NCBI GenBank assembly: GCA_016718805.1
Contig: JADKCP010000002.1
Location: forward strand, 56,392 to 120,391
Length of the DNA: 64,000 nucleotides
Source of the DNA: Bacteroidota bacterium
GTDB taxonomy: Bacteria > Bacteroidota > Bacteroidia > UBA4408
Direction of reading: 5' to 3'
Shown: positions 1 to 9,539 of the stretch, piece by piece
How the letters are laid out: each line of letters starts with the position of its first letter
Numbering within the stretch: the first letter of the stretch is position 1
The notes under the pieces: model-generated
Seen by the model: only the letters and a program-made list of their open reading frames with translations
The model's database searches: none
Told to the model about the DNA's origin: nothing
Position numbers and translations under genes: made by a program

Positions 1-833
1 TTTGCTTTTTGTATTTAAACAGATTACACTTTTCAACTTTTATTTATTCGTTATATCTAACCTATGGATTAAGCTGTTTAATTGGATTGTATTTTTTATT
101 TCCATTGATTAGCATCAAATTTTCGTTTGCTTTTAGAGGTACTTTAATAATGGCATTAACAATTGGTACCATTGCACAACTTGCAAATATTTTTCAGTTT
201 TTAAATTATCGTTTAGATGTTTATTTGTTGGATCGATTTGATTCTATAGCTAATCTTGGGATTTATAGTTCTTCGGTATCAATAGCAGAGGCTGCATTAT
301 TATTTGGAAGTAGCTTTGCCTTAGTTCAATTTTCGAGAATAGCCAATAGCTCCAACACTGATGAATCGCGTATTCTAACTATAAAACTAACTCGTTACAG
401 TACATTGCTTACGTTAATTGCCTATTTGCCTTTGTTTGTGTTTCCGGATGAATTTTATACTTTTTTATTAGGCAAAGATTTTCATCAAGTAAAGCAAGTA
501 TTGTTTGCTTTGTTTCCAGGTATATTTTTTCTTGGCTCAAGTGTTACAATAAGTCATTTTTTTGCAGGTATAGGAAACTATAAAATGAATGCTTTAGCCT
601 CTTTCATAGGATTAATCATATCATTTTGTTTGGGTATTTTATTTATTCCTGATTATGGATTTATAGCTGCTGCATGGATTTCGAGCATTTCATATTCAGC
701 CAGTACTTGCGTTTTGGTAATTGGATTTATTAAAAATAGTAATACAAAATTGAAAGAATTGTTTCCGAAGTTTGAAGATTTAAGCTTTTTACAAAAATCA
801 ATACTAAATGTGCGGCATAAGCGGAATAGTTAA
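1..833 (+). CDS. Polysaccharide-biosynthesis flippase (Wzx/MOP superfamily), C-terminal portion; 5' end lies upstream of the window
   Basis: Open frame runs from the window edge. Multi-TM hydrophobic protein resembling the C-terminal half of oligosaccharide flippases. Overlaps the downstream asnB-like gene by 26 nt, consistent with an operon. Confidence 0.55.
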   Translation, partial: CFLYLNRLHFSTFIYSLYLTYGLSCLIGLYFLFPLISIKFSFAFRGTLIMALTIGTIAQLANIFQFLNYRLDVYLLDRFDSIANLGIYSSSVSIAEAALLFGSSFALVQFSRIANSSNTDESRILTIKLTRYSTLLTLIAYLPLFVFPDEFYTFLLGKDFHQVKQVLFALFPGIFFLGSSVTISHFFAGIGNYKMNALASFIGLIISFCLGILFIPDYGFIAAAWISSISYSASTCVLVIGFIKNSNTKLKELFPKFEDLSFLQKSILNVRHKRNS

Positions 834-2796
834 ACTAGACAATTCAGATTTAAATTTGCCTGAACTCTTGAAACAGGTTACCAACCGCATAAAACATAGA
901 GGTCCGGATGGGGAAGGATTTTTTTTTGCAAACAGCGAATTTCACACCACTGCATTTGGTGAAGCGAGTCCTGAAAATGTAAAACATGCAGCTTTTGCCT
1001 ACTCTCCCAAACAAGCTATTGATACTATTTCCAATAATTTTAGTTTAGGTTTAGGTCACCGACGACTTTCAATTTTAGATTTAACTTCTACCGGGCACCA
1101 ACCCATGTGCCTTCCTGATAAAAAAAATTGGATTACCTATAATGGTGAGATATACAATTACATTGAACTTCGAGAAGAGTTACAACAAAAGGGACATAAC
1201 TTTATTACCACTTCCGATACAGAGGTAATTTTAAAAGCCTATGAAGAATGGGGCGTTGATTGTGTAACTAAATTTAATGGTATGTGGGCATTTGTAATTT
1301 ATGATGAAGCCCGACAAAATTTATTTGGAAGTCGTGATCGATTTGGAGTTAAGCCGCTTTATTATATCCACACTAATTCAGTATTTGCATTTGCCTCTGA
1401 ACATAAAGCTTTATTGCACGATTCATTGATAAAACCTGAAAAAAATTATGCTGCGGTTTTTGACTATTTCGTATTCAGTAAATTAGAAAACGAAGCAGAA
1501 GGAATATTTAAAAATATTTTTGAACTTAAACCAGCCAGCAATTTTGAGTTTAATTTAACTTCTCACCGATTTAAAATTTGGAAGTACTATCAATTACCTA
1601 TCTCGAATAGCTACGAAAAGTTTTCGCTTACTCGTTTTGAAGAATTAAAAGAACAAACTAAAAATTTAGTAAAGGATTCAGTTCGATTGCGCATGCGTTC
1701 GGATGTCCCGGTTGGATCTTGCTTGAGTGGAGGTTTGGATAGTTCGAGTATTGTGATGATGATGCATGAATTATTAAAAGAAGATGCTAAAAAAATTCAC
1801 CTTTTTACTGCCCGCTTTCATGAGCCGCAGCTTGATGAAGGTAAGTGGGCGCAACAAATTGTAGAAGCTACCAATTCAAATTGGAGTGTAACCTACCCCA
1901 CTGCCGCTGAATTAAAATTAGATTTAGAAAACTTAATGTATGCGCAAGATATACCCATTTGGAGTACCAGTACTTATGCTCAATACAGGGTAATGCAATT
2001 GGCCAAATCGGAAGGGGTGAAAGTCCTTTTAGATGGGCAAGGAGGTGATGAATTATGGGCAGGTTATCCACATCATCAATCAGTGTATATGCGTGAACTT
2101 CTATTGCATGCTAATTTTGCAGAGTCGAAAGCACTTTTGAACAATGCCGGTAAATTTCCATCAAGTATTTTTTGGTTTTTAAAGCAATATTTTAAACACA
2201 GCGGTTTATCGGCATTTCCTAACTTTTTAATTCCTTCAATTTACTCCAACTATTTTTCTCACATTCAATTTTTGAACAAAGACTTCTTTAATGCTAACAA
2301 ACATCGATTTGAACTTCATTATAGCAATGTTCCTAAAACCTTAGACAATCTTTTGAGGCAAGAGCTAAACAATACGCTTTTAAAAGGGTATCTAAAATGT
2401 GAAGATCGTTGTTCAATGTGGCATTCGGTTGAATCGCGAACGCCCTTCGCTGATGATACACGTTTAATTGAATTAGCTTTTGCAACTCCTTCGGTTTATA
2501 AAATACATAACGGGGAAAGCAAATATATTTTTCGAAAAGCAATGCAAGGAATAGTTCCTGATGCTATTTTGCAACGTAAAGATAAGATGGGATACACTAC
2601 TCCTACGCTATCTTGGATAAATGAAATAAAGGAAAGCTTGCGGGATGATTTTTCTGAAAATTTATCGGATGTATTGGATTGTAAGGAAATTCATAACCAC
2701 TATGAAAAATTGTTTTCTGTAAAAAATGGAATCGACAACGGGCAAATTTTTAAATTTATTAGTTATGCTACCTGGCACAAAATTTTCAAATTGTAA
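808..2796 (+). CDS. asnB: Asparagine synthase (glutamine-hydrolysing), class-II amidotransferase
   Basis: N-terminal MCGI (Cys2 nucleophile of Ntn glutamine amidotransferases). HRRLSILD motif. SGGLDSS PP-loop of the synthetase domain. 662 aa, typical length. Confidence 0.9.
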   Translation: MCGISGIVKLDNSDLNLPELLKQVTNRIKHRGPDGEGFFFANSEFHTTAFGEASPENVKHAAFAYSPKQAIDTISNNFSLGLGHRRLSILDLTSTGHQPMCLPDKKNWITYNGEIYNYIELREELQQKGHNFITTSDTEVILKAYEEWGVDCVTKFNGMWAFVIYDEARQNLFGSRDRFGVKPLYYIHTNSVFAFASEHKALLHDSLIKPEKNYAAVFDYFVFSKLENEAEGIFKNIFELKPASNFEFNLTSHRFKIWKYYQLPISNSYEKFSLTRFEELKEQTKNLVKDSVRLRMRSDVPVGSCLSGGLDSSSIVMMMHELLKEDAKKIHLFTARFHEPQLDEGKWAQQIVEATNSNWSVTYPTAAELKLDLENLMYAQDIPIWSTSTYAQYRVMQLAKSEGVKVLLDGQGGDELWAGYPHHQSVYMRELLLHANFAESKALLNNAGKFPSSIFWFLKQYFKHSGLSAFPNFLIPSIYSNYFSHIQFLNKDFFNANKHRFELHYSNVPKTLDNLLRQELNNTLLKGYLKCEDRCSMWHSVESRTPFADDTRLIELAFATPSVYKIHNGESKYIFRKAMQGIVPDAILQRKDKMGYTTPTLSWINEIKESLRDDFSENLSDVLDCKEIHNHYEKLFSVKNGIDNGQIFKFISYATWHKIFKL

Positions 2797-2936
2797 ATCA
2801 ATCCATTCATCGAATCATTGCACCTTTCGGTATATTATTTTTGTTAAAAATTTGTATTCAGTAAAATTTCTTCCTAGTTTTACGAATGTTAAGTAAAGTA
2901 ATTAATTAACCTTTAAATAATCTAAAAACAAAAAAC

Positions 2937-4847
2937 ATGAAAAAACAATTACTCATGGTTCTTGCAATTTCTGCTTCTTTAAGCACTTTTGCAAAAACAC
3001 AACCTGCACGAGCTCGTGTAACTGTGGCGCCAAACGCTAAAGCTGTTCCTTTACGTCAGGCACAAGGTGGTTATAATGAAACACCTTTTAATACCAATCC
3101 TAGTTTAGGCTTGGTTGCGCCTACAAAAGCTTATCGTGCAAGTAGCACCATCACTGAGCAATCAATTGGTTTAACTACTTACGATTTGCAAACAAATAGT
3201 GCTATTATGAACCGTTTGTTGAAACACAACGACGGAACTATTTCTGCCACTTGGACAATGATTCCTCCAGGAGGAGTATCTGCAGCTCGTGGTACTGGTT
3301 ACAACTATTATGATGGAACTAGCTGGGGACCTGCACCTGCCGCTCGTATTGAACCAACAAATCGTGTTGGATTCGTAAACGTTGTGGTAACACCGAGTGG
3401 ACGTGAAATGGTAATCGCTCACTCAGCTGTAGGTATGTTACTTACCTCGCGCCCACAAAAAGGAACCGGTGCATGGACTGAAGATGCTACCGTTTTAGGA
3501 GGTGTTGGTTCAGATACTTGGTCTAAAGCTATCAATGGTGGTGCTAATGGAGAAACTGTTCACTCTATTTGGAATGCAAATTCTGCGGGTGCTAATGGTC
3601 AAAATTTTTCATTATACTACTCTCGTTCATTAGATGGTGGTGTTACCTGGCCAGTTCTTCGTACAGTTTTAGCTGACTTAGATTCTACTAAATATCGTGG
3701 TTTCGGTGGGGATGCTTATTCTATCGATACTAAAGGTGATACAGTAGTATTTGTTGTTGGAGACTTCGATACAGATTTAGTATTGATGCGTTCTACTGAC
3801 AATGGTGTTAGCTGGACTTCAACCGTAATCCAACCATTCTTCCAAGCAATGTATGATGATGCAACAGATTCTTTTCCTGATTTAGATGGAGACGGAACTT
3901 CTGACCGTATGGAAGGTTGCTCTGGTGATGCTCACGTAATGCTTGATAATTTAGGAAAAGTTCACGTTTGGTGGAGCAATGTATTAATGACTGATACTTC
4001 AGCTGCAGATCTTTTAGGATATTTCCCTAATTCAATTGATGGTTTATTGTATTGGAACGATGGATTTGCTACTGGACAAGCTCCTGATACCATTGCTTTT
4101 GCACAAGACGGAATTAACGGTAACGGTACACTTGATATTCCACAAGCCGGTTTAGGTGGTGGTAATGGAATGGGTGGTTACCGTGGTAGTGTAACTCAAA
4201 TGCCAACTTCAGGTGTAGATGCTAACAACAATATTTACGTTGCTTACCAAACATATTGCGAAGATTGCGATACAACTGCATTCAACACAGGGCACAAACA
4301 CATTTACATGATTGCTACTGCAAACCAAGGTGCAACATGGAGTAACCCAACTGACATCGATCAAACTCCAGATTTATTAAATCAGGAAGATGTATTTGCT
4401 TGTGTTGCTAAAAATGTTGATGCTAACTGTATCCACGTAATTTATCAACGTGATGCTGCTCCTGGACATTCATTATCTGCAAATGCAACTGAAGCAGGAT
4501 GGAACTCAGCTCCAAGTGAAATTATTTATGCTTGTATAACACCTTCTGATATACTTGGTGTGAAAGCTGTAAATAAAAACAATGCAGTAGCTGGACTAAG
4601 CCAAAACACTCCAAATCCTGCTGAAGGTAAAACTACAATTAACTACAACGTTGCTGCAAATGCATCAGTAGTTAGCTTTACTGTTACCGACGTATTAGGA
4701 AATGTGGTTTATACTGAAAATAAAGGAACTGTAAATGCTGGATCTTATTCAGTTGTTTTAGATACTGAAGCTATGAATAGCGGTGTTTACTTCTATACAT
4801 TAACAGTTAACAACCAAAAAGAAACCAAAAAAATGATGGTGAAGTAA
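2937..4847 (+). CDS. T9SS-secreted BNR/Asp-box repeat protein, paralogue 1 of 3
   Basis: Signal peptide. Asp-box motifs (SRSLDGGVTWP, RSTDNGVSWT, ANQGATWS). C-terminal ~80 aa Por/T9SS sorting domain (…SFTVTDVLGNVVY…GVYFYTLTV…). About 60-70% identical to the next two ORFs. Confidence 0.8.
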   Translation: MKKQLLMVLAISASLSTFAKTQPARARVTVAPNAKAVPLRQAQGGYNETPFNTNPSLGLVAPTKAYRASSTITEQSIGLTTYDLQTNSAIMNRLLKHNDGTISATWTMIPPGGVSAARGTGYNYYDGTSWGPAPAARIEPTNRVGFVNVVVTPSGREMVIAHSAVGMLLTSRPQKGTGAWTEDATVLGGVGSDTWSKAINGGANGETVHSIWNANSAGANGQNFSLYYSRSLDGGVTWPVLRTVLADLDSTKYRGFGGDAYSIDTKGDTVVFVVGDFDTDLVLMRSTDNGVSWTSTVIQPFFQAMYDDATDSFPDLDGDGTSDRMEGCSGDAHVMLDNLGKVHVWWSNVLMTDTSAADLLGYFPNSIDGLLYWNDGFATGQAPDTIAFAQDGINGNGTLDIPQAGLGGGNGMGGYRGSVTQMPTSGVDANNNIYVAYQTYCEDCDTTAFNTGHKHIYMIATANQGATWSNPTDIDQTPDLLNQEDVFACVAKNVDANCIHVIYQRDAAPGHSLSANATEAGWNSAPSEIIYACITPSDILGVKAVNKNNAVAGLSQNTPNPAEGKTTINYNVAANASVVSFTVTDVLGNVVYTENKGTVNAGSYSVVLDTEAMNSGVYFYTLTVNNQKETKKMMVK

Positions 4848-4869
4848 TTTCATCTCAGTTTTAAAAGAA

Positions 4870-4903
4870 ATCGGCTGGCTCTTTGAGTCAGCCGATTTTT
4901 TTT
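4870..4903 (+). terminator. Rho-independent terminator (stem ATCGGCTG / CAGCCGAT followed by T8)
   Basis: Perfect 8-bp GC-rich inverted repeat with 11-nt loop and a run of 8 T, 23 nt after the stop codon. Confidence 0.7.
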
Positions 4904-5134
4904 ATTCCTAAAAGCTAAATTTTCCATTCTAATTTTTACATGGAATAGTGTCACTATAACCTTGTGAATTTATTTTCAATCGAATTCAAATAATTTTATC
5001 TTTAAACTAGATTTTAAGAAGTAATCGATTATAATAAAACAAAGCAGGATTAATTTAATCGGTTTTGATTTGAATTTTGATTAACTTTTAAAGAAGCTGT
5101 TACTATTATTTCTTATTCACTTTATTTAAAGCCT

Positions 5135-7033
5135 ATGAAAAAATTCTTACCATTTTTAACGCTAATTAATTTTTGTGTAGTAGCTAGTGCTTTAGGTCAA
5201 GCGAAGAGAATTCAAATTAACTCAAGTGCTAAATCACAGCCAATTTCAATTTATAAAACTGATGTATCCGATAGAAACACAAGTATAAATAGAAATTTAG
5301 GGATAAATTACCCACATCAATTAAAAACTCCTCAAATCGCTAGTGGGGTTATCGAAAATTCAATAGGGCTAACACAATACGATTTGCAAACAAATGGTTC
5401 TATTTCGAATAGATTAATAAAGCATAACGACGGTACTATTTCAGCTACATGGACAATGATACCACCAGCTGGAGCATCATCAAGTCGTGGAACCGGTTAC
5501 AACTATTTTAATGGTACTACTTGGGCCCCTGCTCCTGCTGCACGTATTGAACCTACGTATCGTACAGGATTTACAAATATAGTAGTTACATCAAGCGGTC
5601 GGGAAATGGCCATAGCTAATTCGAGCACAGCCCCCGGTATGTTAATTACCTCTCGCACGCAAAAAGGAATCGGATTATGGGCCGAAGATGCTATTGTATT
5701 AGGAGCAGCAGCAAACGATTCTTGGTCAAAGGCAATTTCGGGTGGTGCAAATGGCGAAACTGTGCATGCTTTATGGAATGCAAACATTAATGGAGCAAAT
5801 GGACAATATTCATCTGTTTACTATTCTCGGTCAATAGATGGTGGTGTAACCTGGCCAATATTAAGACAAGTACTACCGGAGCTCGATTCAACGCATTATA
5901 GAGGATTTGGAGGCGATTCATATTCCATAGATACCCATGGCGATACAGTGGTATTTGTTATTGGCAGCTTTACTACTGACCTTGTATTAATGCGCTCAAC
6001 TGATAATGGAAATACCTGGAATGCAAAAGTTATTCAGCCATTTTTTAAGGCCTTGTATAATGATGCTAAAGATTCTTTTCCTGATTTAAATGGTGATTCA
6101 AAATCTGATTTTATGCAAGGTCCTTCAGGAGATGCCCATGTAATGATTGATAATTTGGGTATGACACATGTGTGGTGGAGCAATGTATTGATGAGCGATA
6201 GTTCTGCTGCTGATTTAGTAGAATTTTTTCCAAATAAAATAGATGGACTTTTGTATTGGAATGATGGTTTTATGATTGGGCAGGCTCCTGATACTATTGC
6301 ATATGCAATGGATGGACTGAATGGAAACGGCATACTTGATATTCCTTTAAGTGGAATTGGTGGATCAAATGGAATGGGCAATTATAGAGGAAGTATCACA
6401 CAAATGCCAAGCGCAGGTGTAGATGCGAACAACTATATCTATGTGACTTACCAATCATTTTGCGATGATTGCGATACAACAGCATTTAATTTAGGACACA
6501 AACATGTCTACTTAATAAGGTCATTAGATCAAGGAATTAGTTGGCTAACACCTGTTGATATAGACGAAACACTTGACGCACTCAATCAGGAAAATGTATT
6601 TGCCTGTGTAGCAAAAAAAGTTGATCCTACTTGTATCCATGTAATTTTTCAAAGAGATGCGCAACCAGGTATTTTAAATCAAAGTGGAGGGGGAAATACG
6701 CCAAGTGAAATTGTTTATGCTTGTGTTGATCCAATGATTATTGGAATCAACAAAGTAAAAGAATTTAAATCAAGCAATTTTTTGAGCCAAAACACTCCAA
6801 ATCCGGCTGAAGGTAAAACTACCATTAACTACAACGTTGCTGCAAATGCATCAGTAGTTAGTTTTACTGTTACCGACGTATTAGGAAATGTGGTTTATAC
6901 TGAAAATAAAGGAACTGTAAATGCTGGATCTTATTCAGTTGTTTTAGATACTGAAGCTATGAATAGCGGTGTTTACTTCTATACATTAACAGTTAACAAC
7001 CAAAAAGAAACCAAAAAAATGATGGTGAAGTAA
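5135..7033 (+). CDS. T9SS-secreted BNR/Asp-box repeat protein, paralogue 2 of 3
   Basis: Same architecture as paralogue 1. The N-terminal ~150 aa are almost identical to paralogue 3. The C-terminal ~85 aa and 3' flank are almost identical to paralogue 1. Confidence 0.8.
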   Translation: MKKFLPFLTLINFCVVASALGQAKRIQINSSAKSQPISIYKTDVSDRNTSINRNLGINYPHQLKTPQIASGVIENSIGLTQYDLQTNGSISNRLIKHNDGTISATWTMIPPAGASSSRGTGYNYFNGTTWAPAPAARIEPTYRTGFTNIVVTSSGREMAIANSSTAPGMLITSRTQKGIGLWAEDAIVLGAAANDSWSKAISGGANGETVHALWNANINGANGQYSSVYYSRSIDGGVTWPILRQVLPELDSTHYRGFGGDSYSIDTHGDTVVFVIGSFTTDLVLMRSTDNGNTWNAKVIQPFFKALYNDAKDSFPDLNGDSKSDFMQGPSGDAHVMIDNLGMTHVWWSNVLMSDSSAADLVEFFPNKIDGLLYWNDGFMIGQAPDTIAYAMDGLNGNGILDIPLSGIGGSNGMGNYRGSITQMPSAGVDANNYIYVTYQSFCDDCDTTAFNLGHKHVYLIRSLDQGISWLTPVDIDETLDALNQENVFACVAKKVDPTCIHVIFQRDAQPGILNQSGGGNTPSEIVYACVDPMIIGINKVKEFKSSNFLSQNTPNPAEGKTTINYNVAANASVVSFTVTDVLGNVVYTENKGTVNAGSYSVVLDTEAMNSGVYFYTLTVNNQKETKKMMVK

Positions 7034-7055
7034 TTTCATCTCAGTTTTAAAAGAA

Positions 7056-7088
7056 ATCGGCTGGCTCTTTGAGTCAGCCGATTTTTTA
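7056..7088 (+). terminator. Rho-independent terminator (same hairpin as 4870-4903, T6)
   Basis: Identical stem ATCGGCTG/CAGCCGAT and loop followed by a T-run. Confidence 0.7.
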
Positions 7089-7317
7089 TTCCTAAAGCTA
7101 AATTTTCCATTCTAATTTTTACATGGAATAGTGTCACTATAACCTTGTGAATTTATTTTCAATCGAATTCAAATAATCTTATCTTTAAACTAGATTTTAA
7201 GAAGTAATCGATTAAAATAAAACAAAGCAGGATTAATTTAATCGGTTTTGATTTGAATTTTGATTAGCTTTTAAAGAAGCTGTTACTATTATTTCTTATT
7301 CACTTTATTTAAAGCCT

Positions 7318-9225
7318 ATGAAAAAATTCTTACCATTTTTAACGCTAATAAATTTTTGTGTAGTAGTTAGTGCTGTAGGTCAAGTGAAGAGAATTCAAAT
7401 TAACTCAAGTGCTCAATCACAGCCAATTTCAATTTATAAAACAGATGTTTCCGATAGAAACACAAGTATAAATAGAAATTTAGGGATAAATTACCCACAT
7501 CAATTAAAAACTCCTCAAATCGCTAGCGGGGTTATCGAAAATTCAATAGGGCTAACAGAATACGATTTGCAAACAAATGGTTCTATTTCGAATAGATTAA
7601 TAAAGCATAACGACGGCACTATTTCAGCAACATGGACAATGCTGCCACTGGGTGGAATATCTTCAAGTCGTGGAACCGGTTACAACTATTTTAATGGTAC
7701 TACTTGGGCCCCTGCTCCTGCTGCACGTATTGAACCTGCGAATCGAACAGGATTTACAAATATAGTAACAACAACAAGTGGTCGTGAAATGGCCATAGCT
7801 CATTCAAGCACAGCACCGGGTATGATAATTACTTCTCGCCTTCAAAAAGGAAGTGGTCCTTGGTTAGAATATACAACTGCATTAGGATCTGCTGGAAATG
7901 ACGGCTTTGCTAAAGCAATTTCAGGTGGTGCAAATGGCGAAACTGTGCATGCTTTATGGAATGCAAACATTAATGGAGCAAATGGGCAATATTCATCTGT
8001 TTACTATTCTCGGTCATTAGATGGTGGTGTAAACTGGCCAATATTGAGACAAGTATTACCGGAGCTCGATTCAACGCATTATAGAGGATTTGGAGGCGAT
8101 TCATATTCCATAGATACCCATGGCGATACAGTGGTATTTGTTATTGGCAGCTTTACTACTGACCTTGTATTAATGCGCTCAACTGATAATGGAAATACCT
8201 GGAATGCAAAAGTTATTCAGCCATTTTTTAAGGCCTTGTATAATGATGCTATAGATTCTTTTCCTGATTTAAATGGTGATTCAAAATCTGATTTTATTCA
8301 AGGTACATCAGGAGATGCTCATGTAATGATTGATAATTTAGGAATGACACATGTATGGTGGAGCAATGTACTGTTGAGCGATACTTCTGCTTCAGCTGCA
8401 ATTAGTCTTTTACCAAATTCAATCGATGGACTATTATACTGGAATGATGGTTTTGCAATAGGACAAGCACCTGACACCATTGCTTATGCTCTAGATGGGG
8501 TTAATGGAAACGGGATACTAGACATTCCGGCTTCAAATACTAGCAATGGTTATGCAAATGGCATGGGTTTTTATCGTGGAAGTATTACACAAATGCCAAG
8601 TTCTGGAGTCGATATTAACAACATTATTTATGTATCCTATCAGTCATTTTGTGAGGATTGTGATACTTCTGCCTGGAATGTTGGACACAAACATGTATAC
8701 CTAATAAAGTCAACTGATCAAGGAGCAAATTGGTCTACACCTGTTGATATAGACGAAACTCTAAACGCAATCTATCAGGAAAATGTATTTGCCTGCTTAG
8801 CAAAAAAAGTTGATCCTACTTGTATCCATGTAATTTTTCAAAGAGATGCGCAACCAGGTGTTTTAAATTCAAGTGGAATATGGGGACTGATTTCAAGTGA
8901 AATTGTTTATGCTTGTGTTGATCCCATGATTGTTGGAATCAACAAAGCAAAAGAATCTATTTCATACAATTATTTAAGCCAAAACACTCCCAATCCTGCT
9001 GAAGGTAAAACTACCATTAACTACAAAGTTGCTGCAAATGCATCAGTGGTTAGCTTTACTGTTACCGATGTTTTAGGAAAGGTTGTTTATACTGAAAACA
9101 AAGGAACTGTAAATGCCGGAACTTATTCATTAGTTTTAGATACAGAGGCTATGAATAGCGGTGTGTACTTCTATACTTTAACTGTCAACAACCAAAAAGA
9201 AACCAAAAAAATGATGGTGAAGTAA
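7318..9225 (+). CDS. T9SS-secreted BNR/Asp-box repeat protein, paralogue 3 of 3
   Basis: Signal peptide identical to paralogue 2. Asp-box motifs. More diverged T9SS C-terminal domain (YKVAANASVVSFTVTDVLGKVVY…). Confidence 0.8.
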   Translation: MKKFLPFLTLINFCVVVSAVGQVKRIQINSSAQSQPISIYKTDVSDRNTSINRNLGINYPHQLKTPQIASGVIENSIGLTEYDLQTNGSISNRLIKHNDGTISATWTMLPLGGISSSRGTGYNYFNGTTWAPAPAARIEPANRTGFTNIVTTTSGREMAIAHSSTAPGMIITSRLQKGSGPWLEYTTALGSAGNDGFAKAISGGANGETVHALWNANINGANGQYSSVYYSRSLDGGVNWPILRQVLPELDSTHYRGFGGDSYSIDTHGDTVVFVIGSFTTDLVLMRSTDNGNTWNAKVIQPFFKALYNDAIDSFPDLNGDSKSDFIQGTSGDAHVMIDNLGMTHVWWSNVLLSDTSASAAISLLPNSIDGLLYWNDGFAIGQAPDTIAYALDGVNGNGILDIPASNTSNGYANGMGFYRGSITQMPSSGVDINNIIYVSYQSFCEDCDTSAWNVGHKHVYLIKSTDQGANWSTPVDIDETLNAIYQENVFACLAKKVDPTCIHVIFQRDAQPGVLNSSGIWGLISSEIVYACVDPMIVGINKAKESISYNYLSQNTPNPAEGKTTINYKVAANASVVSFTVTDVLGKVVYTENKGTVNAGTYSLVLDTEAMNSGVYFYTLTVNNQKETKKMMVK

Positions 9226-9247
9226 TTTCATCTCAGTTTTAAAAAAA

Positions 9248-9280
9248 ATCGGCTGACTCTTTGTGTCAACCGATTTTTTT
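9248..9280 (+). terminator. Rho-independent terminator (diverged copy: ATCGGCTGAC…GTCAACCGAT, one mismatch, T7)
   Basis: Homologous to the two upstream terminators with a single stem mismatch, followed by TTTTTTT. Confidence 0.6.
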
Positions 9281-9539
9281 ATGCCATTAACTTAGACAAT
9301 TTCCCTCAATGAATTTTCTTTCTATTACTTCTTATTCATAAAAAATATAGAACAAAAAAAACTATTCACAGTATAACAAGTTTTAAATTTGTTTCAGTTA
9401 TCAATTCAAGTTAATTGCATCAATAATTGATTAACTCTGTGTTTAACGCAGTTGTTTGAATGCAGGTAGGAATGTATTGTCAATCTCAAAATTTGACGTA
9501 AGTTTGTAACTAAGTGAAACCCGATTAAAGCAAGAAATT

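Noticed and set aside
1868-6381. Antisense ORFs inside asnB and the BNR genes (1868-2071, 2333-2542, 3171-3422, 5503-5787, 6034-6381) in the ORF track
   Set aside because: They are embedded in the opposite strand of strongly supported genes. They have low-complexity composition, no ribosome-binding context and no family resemblance, so they are classic shadow ORFs.
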